Source: Paraglomus brasilianum (lineage: Eukaryota). From it: DNA of 51,424 bases. The stretch covers positions 1-51,424 of the forward strand of contig CAJVPI010000122.1 of the NCBI GenBank assembly GCA_910592345.1, in the 5' to 3' direction. The translations under genes were made by a program, and so were the position numbers. Within the stretch, counting starts at the first letter, position 1, and the number at the start of each line of letters is the position of its first letter. A model generated the notes under the pieces. The model saw only the letters and a list, made by a program, of their open reading frames with translations, was not told the DNA's origin and searched no databases. This document shows, piece after piece, positions 39,501-51,424 of the stretch.

Positions 39501-39770
39501 GGCTGGTGCGCTCTTAGTGGAATTGTCATAATACGGGTTTTGAGGATAGTAACCTGGAGATTGTTGTTGTGAGGCTGGTGCGCTCTTAGTGGAATTGTCA
39601 TAATTCGGGTTTTGAGGATAGTAACCTAGAGATTGTTGTTGTGAGGCTGGTGCGCTCTTAGTGGAATTGTCATAATTCGGCGCGTTTGGGTTTTGATAGC
39701 AAACTGAAGGCTCCGGTTGTGGAGGAAAACGAGCTGGATATTGTTGTTGATAGCTCGAGTCTGAACTCAT
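36537..39770 (-). CDS. Tyrosine-kinase-like protein kinase with a low-complexity tandem-repeat N-terminus; about 9 exons, last-exon acceptor ambiguous (stop at 36537 or 36484)
   Basis: ATG 39770 (MSSDSSYQQQ). Cys-rich CEEC..YCNYC..WTSGSEEIDNFIQEAQ..LEWIDY pre-kinase segment, then ANGGNSSVF, VILK, VVRCYGIS, HKDLHTGNIL, SDLGL, GVLPYVAPEVL, DVYSVGMIMYE and CWDQDPDMRP. The frame stays continuous if a GC donor is used at 38141. Confidence 0.88.
39111..39700 (-). repeat. Coding minisatellite: five 60-bp units plus four approximately 72-bp units
   Basis: tggtgcgctcatagtggaattgacataattcggcgcgtttgggttttgaggatagtaacc has period 60 (39111-39410); related units have period 72 (39431, 39503, 39575, 39647). 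Confidence 0.93.
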
Positions 39771-41848
39771 TCTAACGGTATATGGATAAGATATTCTATA
39801 CAAAAGAAAGATTAGCGTATCTAAATTCTATGCTGTGTTTGTAATTGTATCACTACTTTCTTCCATATTAATATAAACATTCTAGAATGCCATTGTTATT
39901 GTGCCAAATGTGGTAGTATAAAGATATGCGAGTTGAAAAATGGTCAAGTCACACGGAAAAATACGCTCAAAAGCCACAAACTTTACAGTAAAGACTTTAC
40001 CTTTGAAACTCCTATTGTCCGTATTTGGATCGTTTGAAGCTTGAAATTTAAATTATGAAGACGCAATACATTTCGACTTAATGTAATTCATGTCACCAAA
40101 CTTTTCTACGAGGAATTTACTTACAACTTGACACACGTTGTACGGCTCATAATATTTTTATTTATGGAGCTGAGCATCCGATGAAGGTTGAGCCTGGCGG
40201 GCTGGCCGTTTACCAGATAGATTCTATTCGTGAAAACACGCTGGAATTTCGATAAAATTGTATAAAGTGTTTAAATGCGTCGAAAATGCAGTTCTATTAT
40301 AAAGTTTTATATTGGGTGTGTAAGTTCGATACACATACTCGTAATTAAGCGCGTTTGGTAATCTCCCAAAAACTCAGTCAAAATGAAACTTCTGCAAAAT
40401 ACCAAGTGAACCAGGTAAACATTGGCGGTTAGGTAAAATATCGCTCACTACATTCGTCAAAACTTGCAGCATACTGGAGTTCAATTGCAAAACCGTCGTT
40501 GATTACGTATTTGATTTATATCTCACAAACAAAGAAAGTTTTACAATCAAACAAAGTTATAAGGAAATGGATGAACAATACAAAACGGCCGAAAAAACTT
40601 TGGCAAGTTTTGCAGTAAGTCAGATTTATTATGGCTTTTGATATGCATGTAGCGTATTAGTGTACTGGCTGCAGCCCCGCTACAGATATACCATGTTTTC
40701 TCGGTTAGAGTCGGGTTAATTAGGTTTAGGGTAATATTCGTTGTATTTTATGAGCATTAATATTCTGCACTGAAATTTGGCCGAATGAGAAAATGTCGGA
40801 CAATGTGAAAAATTTCTGGGAAGATAAATCTTTGGATCAAAAACTCTATATATAAGACAAGAAAAAGAAAATACAGTAATCGAGGTAGCGTTTGTTCGAA
40901 TTTTAAGAAATTCTATTTGAAGCAATCTTGATTATTAACTAGCAGCAGACCACTTACTATTACATGTTCAATCTGTAACTAATTTAATGTTCGTTCTACA
41001 CGTTTTCAACTCGATCTTTCAAAAAATTCCACCTTTATTACACCTATAATACGTCGTATACGCTGTGAACCAAGTATCATCTTTCTGTGAAATGAATAAT
41101 TATTTGACCGTTCTCGATAAACTTGGTTACTGTGTTAAGAGCGTTTTTTTTTTAGTTGTGGCAGACTACTTTCTCCAATAACTAACCGTACTGCTTTTAC
41201 GCGGGTAACTTAAATTGACGTAAATGGCCGACAATGATCTTGATAATCAGATTCCCGTAATTTGATAATACATATTCAGCTCGACGATCCATACTCAAGT
41301 ACCAAATTCACTATTAAATGTTGAGGCTGTGAGGCTGACGTTTATCCGTCGAACAACAATATTAGTAAGCGTCCTAACTATTTATGTGGTCAAAGAACCT
41401 AAACGTAGCTCTGGCGATAAATTCTCCAAAGATAAAAAGCTAGTTTCACAAAATTCGGTTAAACTGTTATACTAATTAAGTAAACAAATCATGTGACAAG
41501 AGATAAACAGAATGGATATTAATAATATTAATATCGGTAGATACAATTTATCCGCTGATAGTTTGACTTGACATAAAGGAAACAAGAAATCGTCCAATGA
41601 GATTTTGTAATAAAATATTCGCAATGTGTTAAAGTGATGGCGACAAGTTAAGGAAATAGTAAGGTTGAGCTGTTGCCACAAATTTATAGCCAGCACCGGA
41701 AAAACCTATCACACAGAATCCGGAATTTCGGCAAATTAGTGAAATTACCAAGCTTCGAACAGGGTTTGTAAAAAGTTTCTTATGAAAGAAAAAAGTATAA
41801 AATGAACGTATCGGTACATCCAACAACAATATATATCTTTGAATTATC

Positions 41849-42910
41849 ATGAGTAATACATCATTCACCAACGTAACCGTCGCAGGAGGCACCGGATTAC
41901 TGGGTTCTCATATAGCTGAAGGCCTGTTGAACGATGGATCATTTAAAGTGAAGGTTCTTCGAAGACTGCCAAAAAACCCAAATGAGAAAGCCGACCTGTT
42001 GGCTTCCAAGGGTGCAGAAATTGTCTACGCCGATTATAATCGGCATGATGATCTTGTCAAAGTTCTTAGCGGAACCGATGCTCTAATCTGCACTGCAGCT
42101 CCCGGAGTTGTCGGGGGCGGTTATGATTTTGACGCTCTTCAAACTCCGTTGTTGAACGCTGCTAAAGCTGCTGGTGTGAAAAGGTTTATTCCATCTGAAT
42201 TTGGTATAGAGGCTGAGTAAGCTTTGACATTTTAAGTATTGTCTTTTTTCTTATTATTATCGACTATGTGCAATTGTAATAACACAAATACATTTTCCTA
42301 TCCTGTCTGAAAAGGGTTGGTGTTCATCCGATAACCGATGCCAAAGCCTCGTTCCGTGAAAAGATTGAACAAAGTGGACTTGAGTACACCTATATTTCGT
42401 GCGGATTTTTTCCAGAATATCTCGGCTGGATGGGGTTTGATATCAAAAATAAGACTGCCAAATTCTACGCAGACGGCAACACCATATTGGCCACTATGTC
42501 TATGTCAGATATCGGCAAATATACCGCTGAATCTCTTAAATTGGAAGAAAGTCGTAACGCCACTATCAGGGTTGCTGGTTCGAGATTTTCGCTAAGCGAG
42601 ATACTTGAAAAGTTTGAAGAATCTACCGGTGAGTCTTTTGCAATTTGCTGCCTTTTTCTCTCTTTGAAAAATACATGTGTTAATTATGTCAACTTGCATT
42701 TAAGGTTCTAAATGGAAAGTTGTCGTAGATAAAGAAGTCAAACACAGATTCCAGAATAAGATTGACCCAGTTCCTTCATTAGTGGATTTGTTTGTAGCCA
42801 TATATTTGGAAAAATCAGCGTTCGAAAATATTGATAACGACAAGTTTAGTTTTAGCCCTCGCTCTCTCGCTGACGATATAAACGTGCTTGTTCAGCAGGC
42901 ATCTGTTTGA
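41849..42910 (+). CDS. NmrA-like / isoflavone-reductase-family NAD(P)-binding protein; exons 41849-42216, 42315-42628, 42705-42910
   Basis: Motifs VTVAGGTGLLGSHI, GAEIVYADY, Q..LLNAAKAAGVKRFIPSEFG, GLEYTYISCGFF and DIGKYTA; GT-AG introns keep the frame to TGA at 42908-42910. Confidence 0.92.
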
Positions 42911-43272
42911 TATGTAAAGCCAGAGTTAAACGTAAAACCCTCACACTATGTCAGAGCACTTTCTAACTAAGTGTCTGTTTTATGCAATACATCGCGAAGT
43001 GTAGAAACTTTTTTTGCAATATAGTAATAAGTTAGTCTCATTAATATTTACATTTTAAAACCGCTAAATCTATATACAAATCGTTTATTATTACATGATT
43101 TGTAACGTTTTTTCTTGCCAGGGTACATCTTTAATTTTGAATGTATAAAATCATTTCTTACGAAGTAAGGACACTTATGTACCTAGATCTAATCTGTGAT
43201 ATTTTTGTTTCACCTCCAATGCTCATAAAAAGCTTTTCCGCTCTTTCCCTCCTCCTTCGCAAAGCATCGTCA

Positions 43273-44531
43273 TTAAGACCAACTTTTTCTTTTCTCTGGC
43301 ACTTCCCAAACCCTTACATCCGGATGATTAGATTCCAACCAATTTTTTGCCTTTATCGAATTTTTTTTGTTATTGAAGTACAAGCATATAGTCGGTCCTT
43401 CTTTCCTGAACCACCATCCAAATAACTCTAATGAATCAAAACATTCCATTAAGTTATCATCATTCCATTGTGCAAGTGTTTCGCCATCAGTTATTTCAAG
43501 GGTATAATTTTTTCCTACAGGGTCCTGTCCATATGCATATGTGAAATGTCGGTAAAGACTATCCAGGGAAAGAAAGGAATTTCTCATAAGGTCACCGGAT
43601 ATCCCTATATAAATGAGGCGTTTATTTAGAGTATTAACGTAACAGGCAAAAGAATATTTCATACCTGATGACCAAAACCAGGCCTCAATCTTCCAATTAT
43701 ATTTCAGGGCCCGTGTTAATATAGGATAATAATCACCATCGCCGGCAACTAAAATAATTACACCAGGATCCATAAAATGGATGATATCCAACATAGAAGC
43801 TCCAAGTTCCATATCGACTTTCTTTTCTTTATTTGCAATACGATCGTAAATGATCACATCGAATCTGATCCCATAGTGAATCGTTCGGAGGCGGACGGGA
43901 GCCAACAATCACTGGATTACTGCCTATTATTCGTCCTTTCAGTAGTGTTAATAGAAGACGTCCATGATCGATATAGAGCTGGTTGAGTTGGTAGGAATTT
44001 CTTTGGTAATCAAAATTGCCTGCTTGTTCAATACGACCAACAGTATATTTTCCTTCGATAAACAAGTTGGAATTATCCACAAAAACATATACAAGTCCAG
44101 AGTTTGATTTTGGAGTGTTTGCTATATGGAAGGGAACATTTAGTACTTTGATAATGAAGACAGATTTACCACCCCACATCAAGAGAGCAATATAGGTTTG
44201 ATATATTAGAATGCAGTCGTGGTACTTACCTTGCTCTTTGCCCTTAATGTCTTTCTCCTTGATTTCCTTGGCGAAATCCACAAGTGTCATAGCAGGACCT
44301 AACTTCAATCCATGCCGTTCAAGTTCTTCCTTGGTCAATTTGAGGAATGTGCGTCCAGTGATCTCCTCATTGCGTTAAGATTTCGAAATGAGTTTCGTTA
44401 AGTTGCAAGTCCCCTTGTTCCTTCAAAAATTCGATAAGATTTTCTATATCATACTTTCTAACCAGTTCGGCTAAAGTGGGAGCCTGCTTTTCTTCGGTCA
44501 CATTGTTAGAAGATGAAGCTGGAGTTGACAT
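43273..44531 (-). pseudogene. SAM-like header + NYN (LabA/DUF88, PIN-like) ribonuclease + C-terminal domain; Crinkler-like effector architecture; two frameshifts
   Basis: Exon 1 (ATG 44531) reads LIEFLKEQ..L.L.E.HFEIL-RNEEITGRTFLKLTKEELERHGLKLGPA..L (SAM-like; +1 at 44375-44376). NYN motifs VYVFVDNSN, GSRPP..DSLW, EKKVD, ILVAGDGDY.P and W.IEAWFW. A small deletion near 43862 shifts the frame between DSLWDQ and FDVIIYDR. Confidence 0.82.
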
Positions 44532-44879
44532 TTTGAGTTATATATGATTTTTTGGTGGATTTTATTGGTAGACTGCGGAATGGTACACAAGAAAAAAGTG
44601 ACAAAGCTGGATGAGAAGCGTCTGGAGAAGAAGCTGGAGGACTGGAGTAGTTAAAAATCGGAATAATCCGGGGTGAGTAGCAGTTATAAGATATTGTGTT
44701 TAAGGTGTATTGGGAGGGAGTTTTATAAAAGAATGGCATCACATTACTTTTCGGCAGAAATTTTCCAGGTGATATATCTGTGTTACGCAATCGATTTTTC
44801 AGGCATGTGATTTTATTTCACACGATGACATCATGCATGGAGAAGTTCGACTTTTATTCTGTGGTATACACTCCACCGA

Positions 44880-45570
44880 CCACCCCTTACATTTAGAATA
44901 TTGACATAACGAGCAATGCAATCACCGCAAAATTAATACTGAATTTAGCGCACCTTCTAAATAGTATATACACAAAAAATTGCAATATGTTAGGTAGCAA
45001 AATTACGAATTTACCTAGAGCCGACTTTTATCCTACGAAAAAGGTAAATTTAGGTTATGCGACACGAATATTTAAAAAATCGGTAAAAATTAATCCACAT
45101 ATTAATTTTACACTCAGTTACACTCATTTGAAAGTGCAAAAGAGGCGCTACCGTATTTATAAAATATCATGCTTTTTTGTTGAGAAATCTAATTTTGAAT
45201 CTAGGGTACTATTCGATAGTCGCCAACCCCCTTAAATTTGCAATTAAATGCAAATATTGACATAACAAGCAATGCAATTACCGTGAAACTAATACTAAAG
45301 TTAGCGCATCTAATGTACAACATATTTACAAAAAATTGTAGCGTGTCAGCTAGTAATATGATAATATTTATATATAGCTAACGTTTTGTGTTACCGAAAA
45401 GGTTAAAATCAAGCTAAACGACCTAGAAGTTTAAAATTGTTTAAACACCGGTTCCACATAATAAATATACACACATTTACATTTATTTGAAAGCGTAAAC
45501 AAACTGCTATTGGATGCAAAAAAGTTTAACCAAATAGCTTGCTTTGTTGTTGAGAAAACAAATTTATTAT
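44880..45570. repeat. Diverged direct duplication, period about 356-370 bp
   Basis: aatattgacataacgagcaatgcaatcaccgcaaaattaatact (about 44897) vs aatattgacataacaagcaatgcaattaccgtgaaactaatact (about 45253); similarity continues to the ..ttgttgagaaa ends. Confidence 0.8.
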
Positions 45571-45660
45571 TAAAATTTAACAAAATTTTTTTAAAAAAAC
45601 TTTATTGAATATTTAAATGCTTGAAACACATTTATTTATGTTTGTAAATAAAAATATTTA

Positions 45661-45790
45661 TTAATATTTAGTTGCCAAACCTTTAGCCTTTAAAACTGCC
45701 TTTACTCTACTATTCATACTAAGGATAAGATTTTGGTATACACTTTCTGGGATTTCTTCCCATTCTTTTTTGAAGCAATCTGAACAACTC
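45661..45790 (-). mobile_element. Tc1-family transposase C-terminal fragment
   Basis: KEWEEIPESVYQNLILSMNSRVKAVLKAKGLATKY* is the classic Tc1 C-terminus (..SM..R..AV..AKG..TKY). Confidence 0.85.
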
Positions 45791-45952
45791 TTTGGTGAAA
45801 TTAAACAATGTCTTGCATATGACACAAACGTTCATTGGCTATGCGCTACTTTTTTGCTGAGGCAGCTGGGGTAGTTGGGGTAGTTAGCGAGCACCTTGTT
45901 GTGAATAAAAGTCCCTCGCGATAGTAGTTGGGGTAGTTCACAAAGTCTTTAC

Positions 45953-46143
45953 CTGGCTGAGTGCTAACAGCAACTAAAGCATCTCCCATTTTTTCTTTTT
46001 TTCCATTCAGTAATTCTTCTCTTGCGCCAACTCATCCTTCTCCCCTGGCACTCTTCCTCTGTGGCCCCACGCTTCAAAGCTTCTAACCTATCTAACTTTG
46101 CATTAGTCTTCTCAAATTCCTGTTTCAACTGAGCGGCGTCCAT
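45953..46143 (-). pseudogene. Decayed first exon encoding a charged coiled-coil header, cut off downstream by the Tc1 fragment
   Basis: MDAAQLKQEFEKTNAKLDRLEALKRG..GEKDELAQEK..KKKW.DALVAVSTQP|GTAAAG, with frameshifts and a stop. Confidence 0.4.
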
Positions 46144-46293
46144 GTCTGACGAAGTGAAAGTGTTTGTAGCTAGATGTGTTACGCGCGATATGATCTAATA
46201 TACTAACGCTGATATCAGTGGCTTAATCAATGGCGTATTATTAGGAACTTTCAAACTATATATTGTTTCTGTAAAGGAGAATAATTGTCTATA

Positions 46294-46440
46294 CAGTGAA
46301 CTACTGTCTATAGTCCCTTCGTTTATAGTCACTATCTGCCTATAGTCACAGATAATTCGTGCCAAAACCATTTCATATGGAAATCACATTCCTATAGTCA
46401 CAATCTCTAATAAATCTCCTTATAGTCCCTATCACCAAAA
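46294..46440. mobile_element. Left end of a pogo/Tigger-type element (truncated)
   Basis: TA|CAGTGAACTACTGTCTATAGTC followed by four more tatagtc(a/c)c subterminal repeats; no matching right end seen. Confidence 0.6.
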
Positions 46441-49400
46441 TTTCGGATCAAGATATAAGTGTCTGCAGTCACATCTGATCGCGTGTTTGTTGATAAATCT
46501 TATTAAATTCACTAATTGGATAGAGGTTTAGCGATAGTAAGAACAAGCCTAAGAGTTCCGCCGGAAGACGACTAAATCCCAAGGTCGTTACACGAACGCT
46601 CTCCCACGTGTGGCGACCCGACATAAGCCATACGCTTTTTCTTATTGTCAAAGCATTGGTATTACAAGCATATGGATTGTATAAAACGGTTGCATCCTAT
46701 TTCATACTAATAAAAAAATACGCTTAGTTCAATTACTGTACAAATATATACTAACATTATTGCGAATATACCTGTTTTTAGTACACACTAAATAGAGGGA
46801 AACGCCCCGTATGCTTCGTCCCTTAGTGCATGTAATTAAGCCGCCTTGTATCGGAAATCGTAGACGCATGACAGCCAATTGCAAATGAAATCTACTTTAT
46901 TGATGAAAACCGTCTTGACAATTATTCCGATGGTAAAGCCACAACAAACAATAACAGCCCTTCACAATGTCGATTGATTGCCAAAATGGCAAGCCTACCA
47001 ACCATTATAATATCAATTTTCAAACCGTTCTCGACTGTATATTCCGAAAAAACGTAAAAGACGATCAGAAATTAAACCGGCTTCTTCGCAATATTAATAT
47101 CGATTGATCAAATGGATTTGCCCAGAATATCTAATAGCTTCTTTGCGCTCATGCTAAGCTTATCAGCCATTACAATATCAATTGTTCAAATTCGGTTCTT
47201 ATCCAAATTAGTATTTGTCCCAAGTTGTATCATTCAATGATTCAAACTAATGGGAATAATTAAATTGTACGCTAGTTGAATGAAAAAATATATTGTTAAC
47301 TTATTTAGTCGATTAGAAACATTTATAAATGCGCGACTAAATAATTGTAAATTGATCTATCCGCCTTACAAGAATACGAGACTATCATAGATTTCACCGC
47401 TGCTAATTATCTCTTTTGCCAGAGTTGCATTTCCCCTTACACCACAAAACGTATCAATAAATTCTTCACAACCTTCTCAGACAGTAGTATCAAGATCTGC
47501 AACAGTCGAATTGCAATATAATGCAAATAACTCACCTCATGTTCAATATTGGCGTCCGTTATCTCGCTTAATTAATTCGTCCGCCGTCTGTGTATTATCA
47601 TTTTTTATTGCTGATATTTTTTGCTCATCTAAAAATATGTTGTTTTAGTCAGTTTCAGTTTAGAATGTTAACTTTTCTTAAAAGTGTCGTTTTTTATTAA
47701 TCCTTTCTCGTTGGATAATCTCAACGTTCAACCAGTGGGAACTCTAGGAAACAGTACTCTTTATTATTGCGAGTATATACGATTTGCATCTCGAAGCTGT
47801 TTTTCTTTTAAACATCGTTATCTATATAATAAACAGTAATGGGTTTGAGCGTTGAGCATTTCAGAATAATTTTCCATCCTGCGATATACACTTTACCACC
47901 ATAAATAAAAGTTAAATCGTTATCTATTGTAATTATCTATTTTAGTATCATTCTACGCATGTACAACGTAGTTTACTAATTAATTAAAAGGAATTATCTC
48001 ATCCCATCCATCTGTTTAAAATTTATTTCCGTATTGTGCACAGTTTGCCACGTAATTGTTGTGCTGAGGAGGCGAAGCTTCTTGAATTAATTTTCACTCT
48101 AGTTAATAGATTTAATATTTGTTTTGCTTAAATTATGCCTTACGATTATTTATGTCGCTCAATTTGAACAATACCATATGAGTAAATTTTATTGCTTTAT
48201 CTGTTAGTTTTATGCTTCAGGTATACAGTACCTTAGTGTGTTCTACTTATCTGTTAGAGACACGGATAACTATATTCAATTATTGAAAAAGTACGTTGTT
48301 ATACGAGAGAGCTCAATCAACAATAAAATTGATAAATTTCTCTGGCGCGGTTTACTTCTTTTCAATACTTTGTATGTAAATCCTTCATTAAGGCTAATTT
48401 CGAGATTGTTTTCTTGTATATATATTTACTATATTATCGAGTCCTACAAATTGGTTTTCTCCATTTCTCAACAATCGTGTGATCACAAATTTATTAAATT
48501 AGTACAATTCGATTGGCCCCGTTATAATATGATATCCGTTATATCAAGTATATTTTTGATAGAACTGGCATATACAAGTGACTCTGGTTATAACGACACT
48601 CTCGGGTAATGAAAAAAGTGTCGTTGGAGCCAGACGTCGGTTTATCTAGCAACTGGGTTGAACATCGACATTGCATTGCAATATGTTACGAGTAATTCAT
48701 CAGTTTATCACATATAAATATTTACGAGCAATTTAAGCCATCAACAACTTTATTCACAAACAAAAAACGAATCCAGTTTTGTTGTGTATAAGTATGGTAT
48801 CTAAACTTCGAAGAATAGAATCAAATTAAGATTAAGTAGATCTTATAACGACAGTCGTTTTAAACGGCTCGTACAAACACCATGAAGAAGCGATCACAAA
48901 AAATTAATCAAGTCAGTGTATCAGGTATCTGAAAAGACAATAACTGTTCAGTTACTGGCAAGGATTAATTACGTGGGGGGGGGGGGGACAAAAAGTTTTG
49001 ACACAATGTAATTATCTCAGCAACCTTTGATTATATTTGCTTGGTAAAATAACCATATTAAAGCTTGAATCACACTCAATTAATGATAGAAGTTTTAGTT
49101 TGATGGTTGTCGAGAAATATTTTTTTTTGAAACTTGTCTATTAACAACGATGGAAAATTTTATTCGCGAAACCAAAGATGATATACCTTGGGTGAGCCTG
49201 ACGACGCTAATCACTGTTGAAGGAAATAAAGCACTATTTAAGCGTACTATTTACCGCTAGGTTGAAGCATTAACCCGATCTGGATATCTCTGCGAAGCCG
49301 TCACACTTTTGAATATTAAAAGTATTCAGAAAGTCATGATGATTACTACCCAATAATTATATACAAAACTTAAAATAACATATCTTTGTATCACTAAACC

Positions 49401-51424
49401 ACTTCTGGTAGACCTCTTCTAATCAACGTCGCTTTTTTGGTTTAACAGTCTAGATCTATCAAAAAAAAAGTGAACAAATTGCGTACTGCTAAAGTCAGAA
49501 ACACTGTTTTGATTCATAGCATGTCGACGAGATTGGATAAATAACAGGGAAAGTTGGCAATAAAATAAGCTATAGTAGCAACAAGTAACCGTTTGTTGTA
49601 ATCTGCAAAGTTTTTTCGACCACCACAATAAATGAATTCCGTTTTCGCGTACTGTATATTAATATAATTAATAGTCTAAGCAACCGAAGCAATACAACGC
49701 TATACTTTGATAGTAATACAAGTGCATTCAAGTTTCAAGACATTTACATTTTAGGATTCCTTCCTCGGAAGTCACTGACATTGGGACTGCTGTACACATA
49801 GAACAATGTTACTGATTCTTGGAGACAGTTGCCGGCATTTTATTTTGTACCAACAAAATGAGAGGATACTTACTTAATTACTTCAGAAGATACCCGATAT
49901 GGCCTGAGAGTCGAATCAAACACTCATATACGGATTTATCGAATGTAATCTGGTTACGATATCAATTTTAACAATTTAATTAAATTGCCACAGGCAACCT
50001 GTCAATTGGTGTGACAACTCAAAACATTAACAGACCAACAATTCGATAAACATAAATTTCATCAGATTCCTACGCATGTTATACAGTATCTACAGTATCA
50101 GCATCTTTATTTACCCCTCACTTCAGTTCGCGCGTCTATATTCCAACGATATTGCATTTGGTAGATTCTAGTGACGATCTTGCTGGCGCTAACAGTATAC
50201 GCAGCATCTGTTTCCTATCTATCCGTTGGCATATCATTTTATCTGAAAAATTTAGGCTTGGATACGTTTTCTTACATTTGTGGTATAAAAGGTTAGCAGA
50301 GTACGCAAAGTTACAATCATGTTGACATTAATTCCTATTGTAGAATTACGTGAAATTACGGTAAAGTAATGGAATGTTATGCGATGGATGCACACAGGCT
50401 TCTAACTCGATATTTCTATAAATGGATATTACAGAACTTTTTGCATAAAAACAAACATTCCCTCTGAAAGTTTAGATAATCAATTCTTTTCCGGACAGGC
50501 CTTAAAAGTGGCATCAAACTCGTTAAACTTTAAACAGTTGGATACTCAATGTTTCCTGTATAGTAAATGATATACTATTACTTTCTTGCATGTCAATACT
50601 CTTTACTGGTAAACTTCTAGTTACCGTATATCATGAACCTCAAGTATTATACTGTATATTACAACCGTCATCATACCGTTAAGTATCAGTTTAATGTAGA
50701 GCTTATTGTCTAGCTACAGATAATTGCTAAAGCTAGTTATAACAATAAAGCTCTGTGTAGTTAAACTCCAATTTTCTTCGCCATTAATGCCTCTTACACA
50801 AGCCGCATCGACAAACGTAATTTCCGAAAAAAGATCACTCATGTACAGATCGCTTTTCGACAACCAGAAAACCACCTCTCTTCTCCATAAAAAAAACTGA
50901 TGAAACCGATAACCCAGCCACCCCCATTGCTCGAACCATCAACAGCAACAGACCACCAAGATACCAAACAGAACCGTGTTTGTGGCATAAAAGATTTCCC
51001 CCGCACATGTTAAACGCTTATTGCCGTTATAGAACAAGTAGCTCAAGAAAAAAATGACCAGCTTAGTCAAAAAGCCGAGTTTTATTTTAAAACAGTTTTG
51101 TTTAATCTGTCACATTATTAATATTGTCAATAAGAGTGCTTAAGGAAACGAAACGAGTTTTATGTTATATACTGTAAGTGTATTTGTCTTGATATTCAGT
51201 GAGATGACTAAGAATAAACTTGTTAACTAAGGCGCGGATAAAATATGTCCGTTATCGAGTTTATAGATATTGATCCAGACTTGCTTGCTGAAATGTCATC
51301 GGAACACGCTGCTAACATAAGGATTTCGCGTACGATTTTATTTCGGCATTTTGTTAACTCAACCATATTGACATACGTGGAAGCACATCGTATATAATTC
51401 AAACCTTTGAATAAAACTCGTATA

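Noticed and set aside
39111..39700. Regular repeats resembling a CRISPR array
   Set aside because: Units are contiguous with no unique spacers, have lengths in multiples of 3 and lie in a kinase ORF; eukaryotic context with no cas genes.
40703..40733. ggttag/ttaggg-like sequence suggesting telomeric repeat
   Set aside because: Only one exact TTAGGG and no tandem array.
46850..47900. Minus-strand fragments with splice-like signals
   Set aside because: Many stops and no assignable domain.
48500..48640. Imperfect inverted repeat ctggttataacgacac / gtgtcgttggagccag
   Set aside because: Likely a decayed pogo-type 3' end, but the termini could not be defined.
48974..48987. G14 homopolymer
   Set aside because: Isolated run in intergenic DNA with no supporting context; length is unreliable.
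49740..51080. Weak coding-like stretches near the window end
   Set aside because: No long ORF or motif; cannot be supported.

Overview
AT-rich, intron-containing eukaryotic DNA. The gene families present (TLDc, expanded tyrosine-kinase-like kinases, RNI-type F-box, SAM-headed Crinkler-like effector) point to an arbuscular mycorrhizal fungus (Glomeromycota); this is inferred, not proven. An intact housekeeping block at 11.8-24.9 kb holds a GDP-fucose transporter, a 64-aa YABBY/HMG-like protein, THADA/Trm732 and an F-box/LRR gene. It is flanked by decayed accessory DNA: a frameshifted TLDc exon, a kinase pseudogene, a deleted DPP8/9-like pseudogene and many Tc1/mariner/pogo remnants and MITEs. 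The most notable part is 33-46 kb. It contains a kinase fused to 11 hypervariable 28-aa NLRC3/RI-type LRRs, an apparently intact kinase with a Tyr/Pro/Gln/Asn-rich tandem-repeat N-terminus and a GC-AG intron, an NmrA-like reductase, a SAM-NYN ribonuclease effector-like gene and a coiled-coil header remnant. Together these resemble a fast-turnover immunity/conflict neighbourhood. Exon structures were worked out by hand, all family calls come from motif recognition, and no database searches were run.
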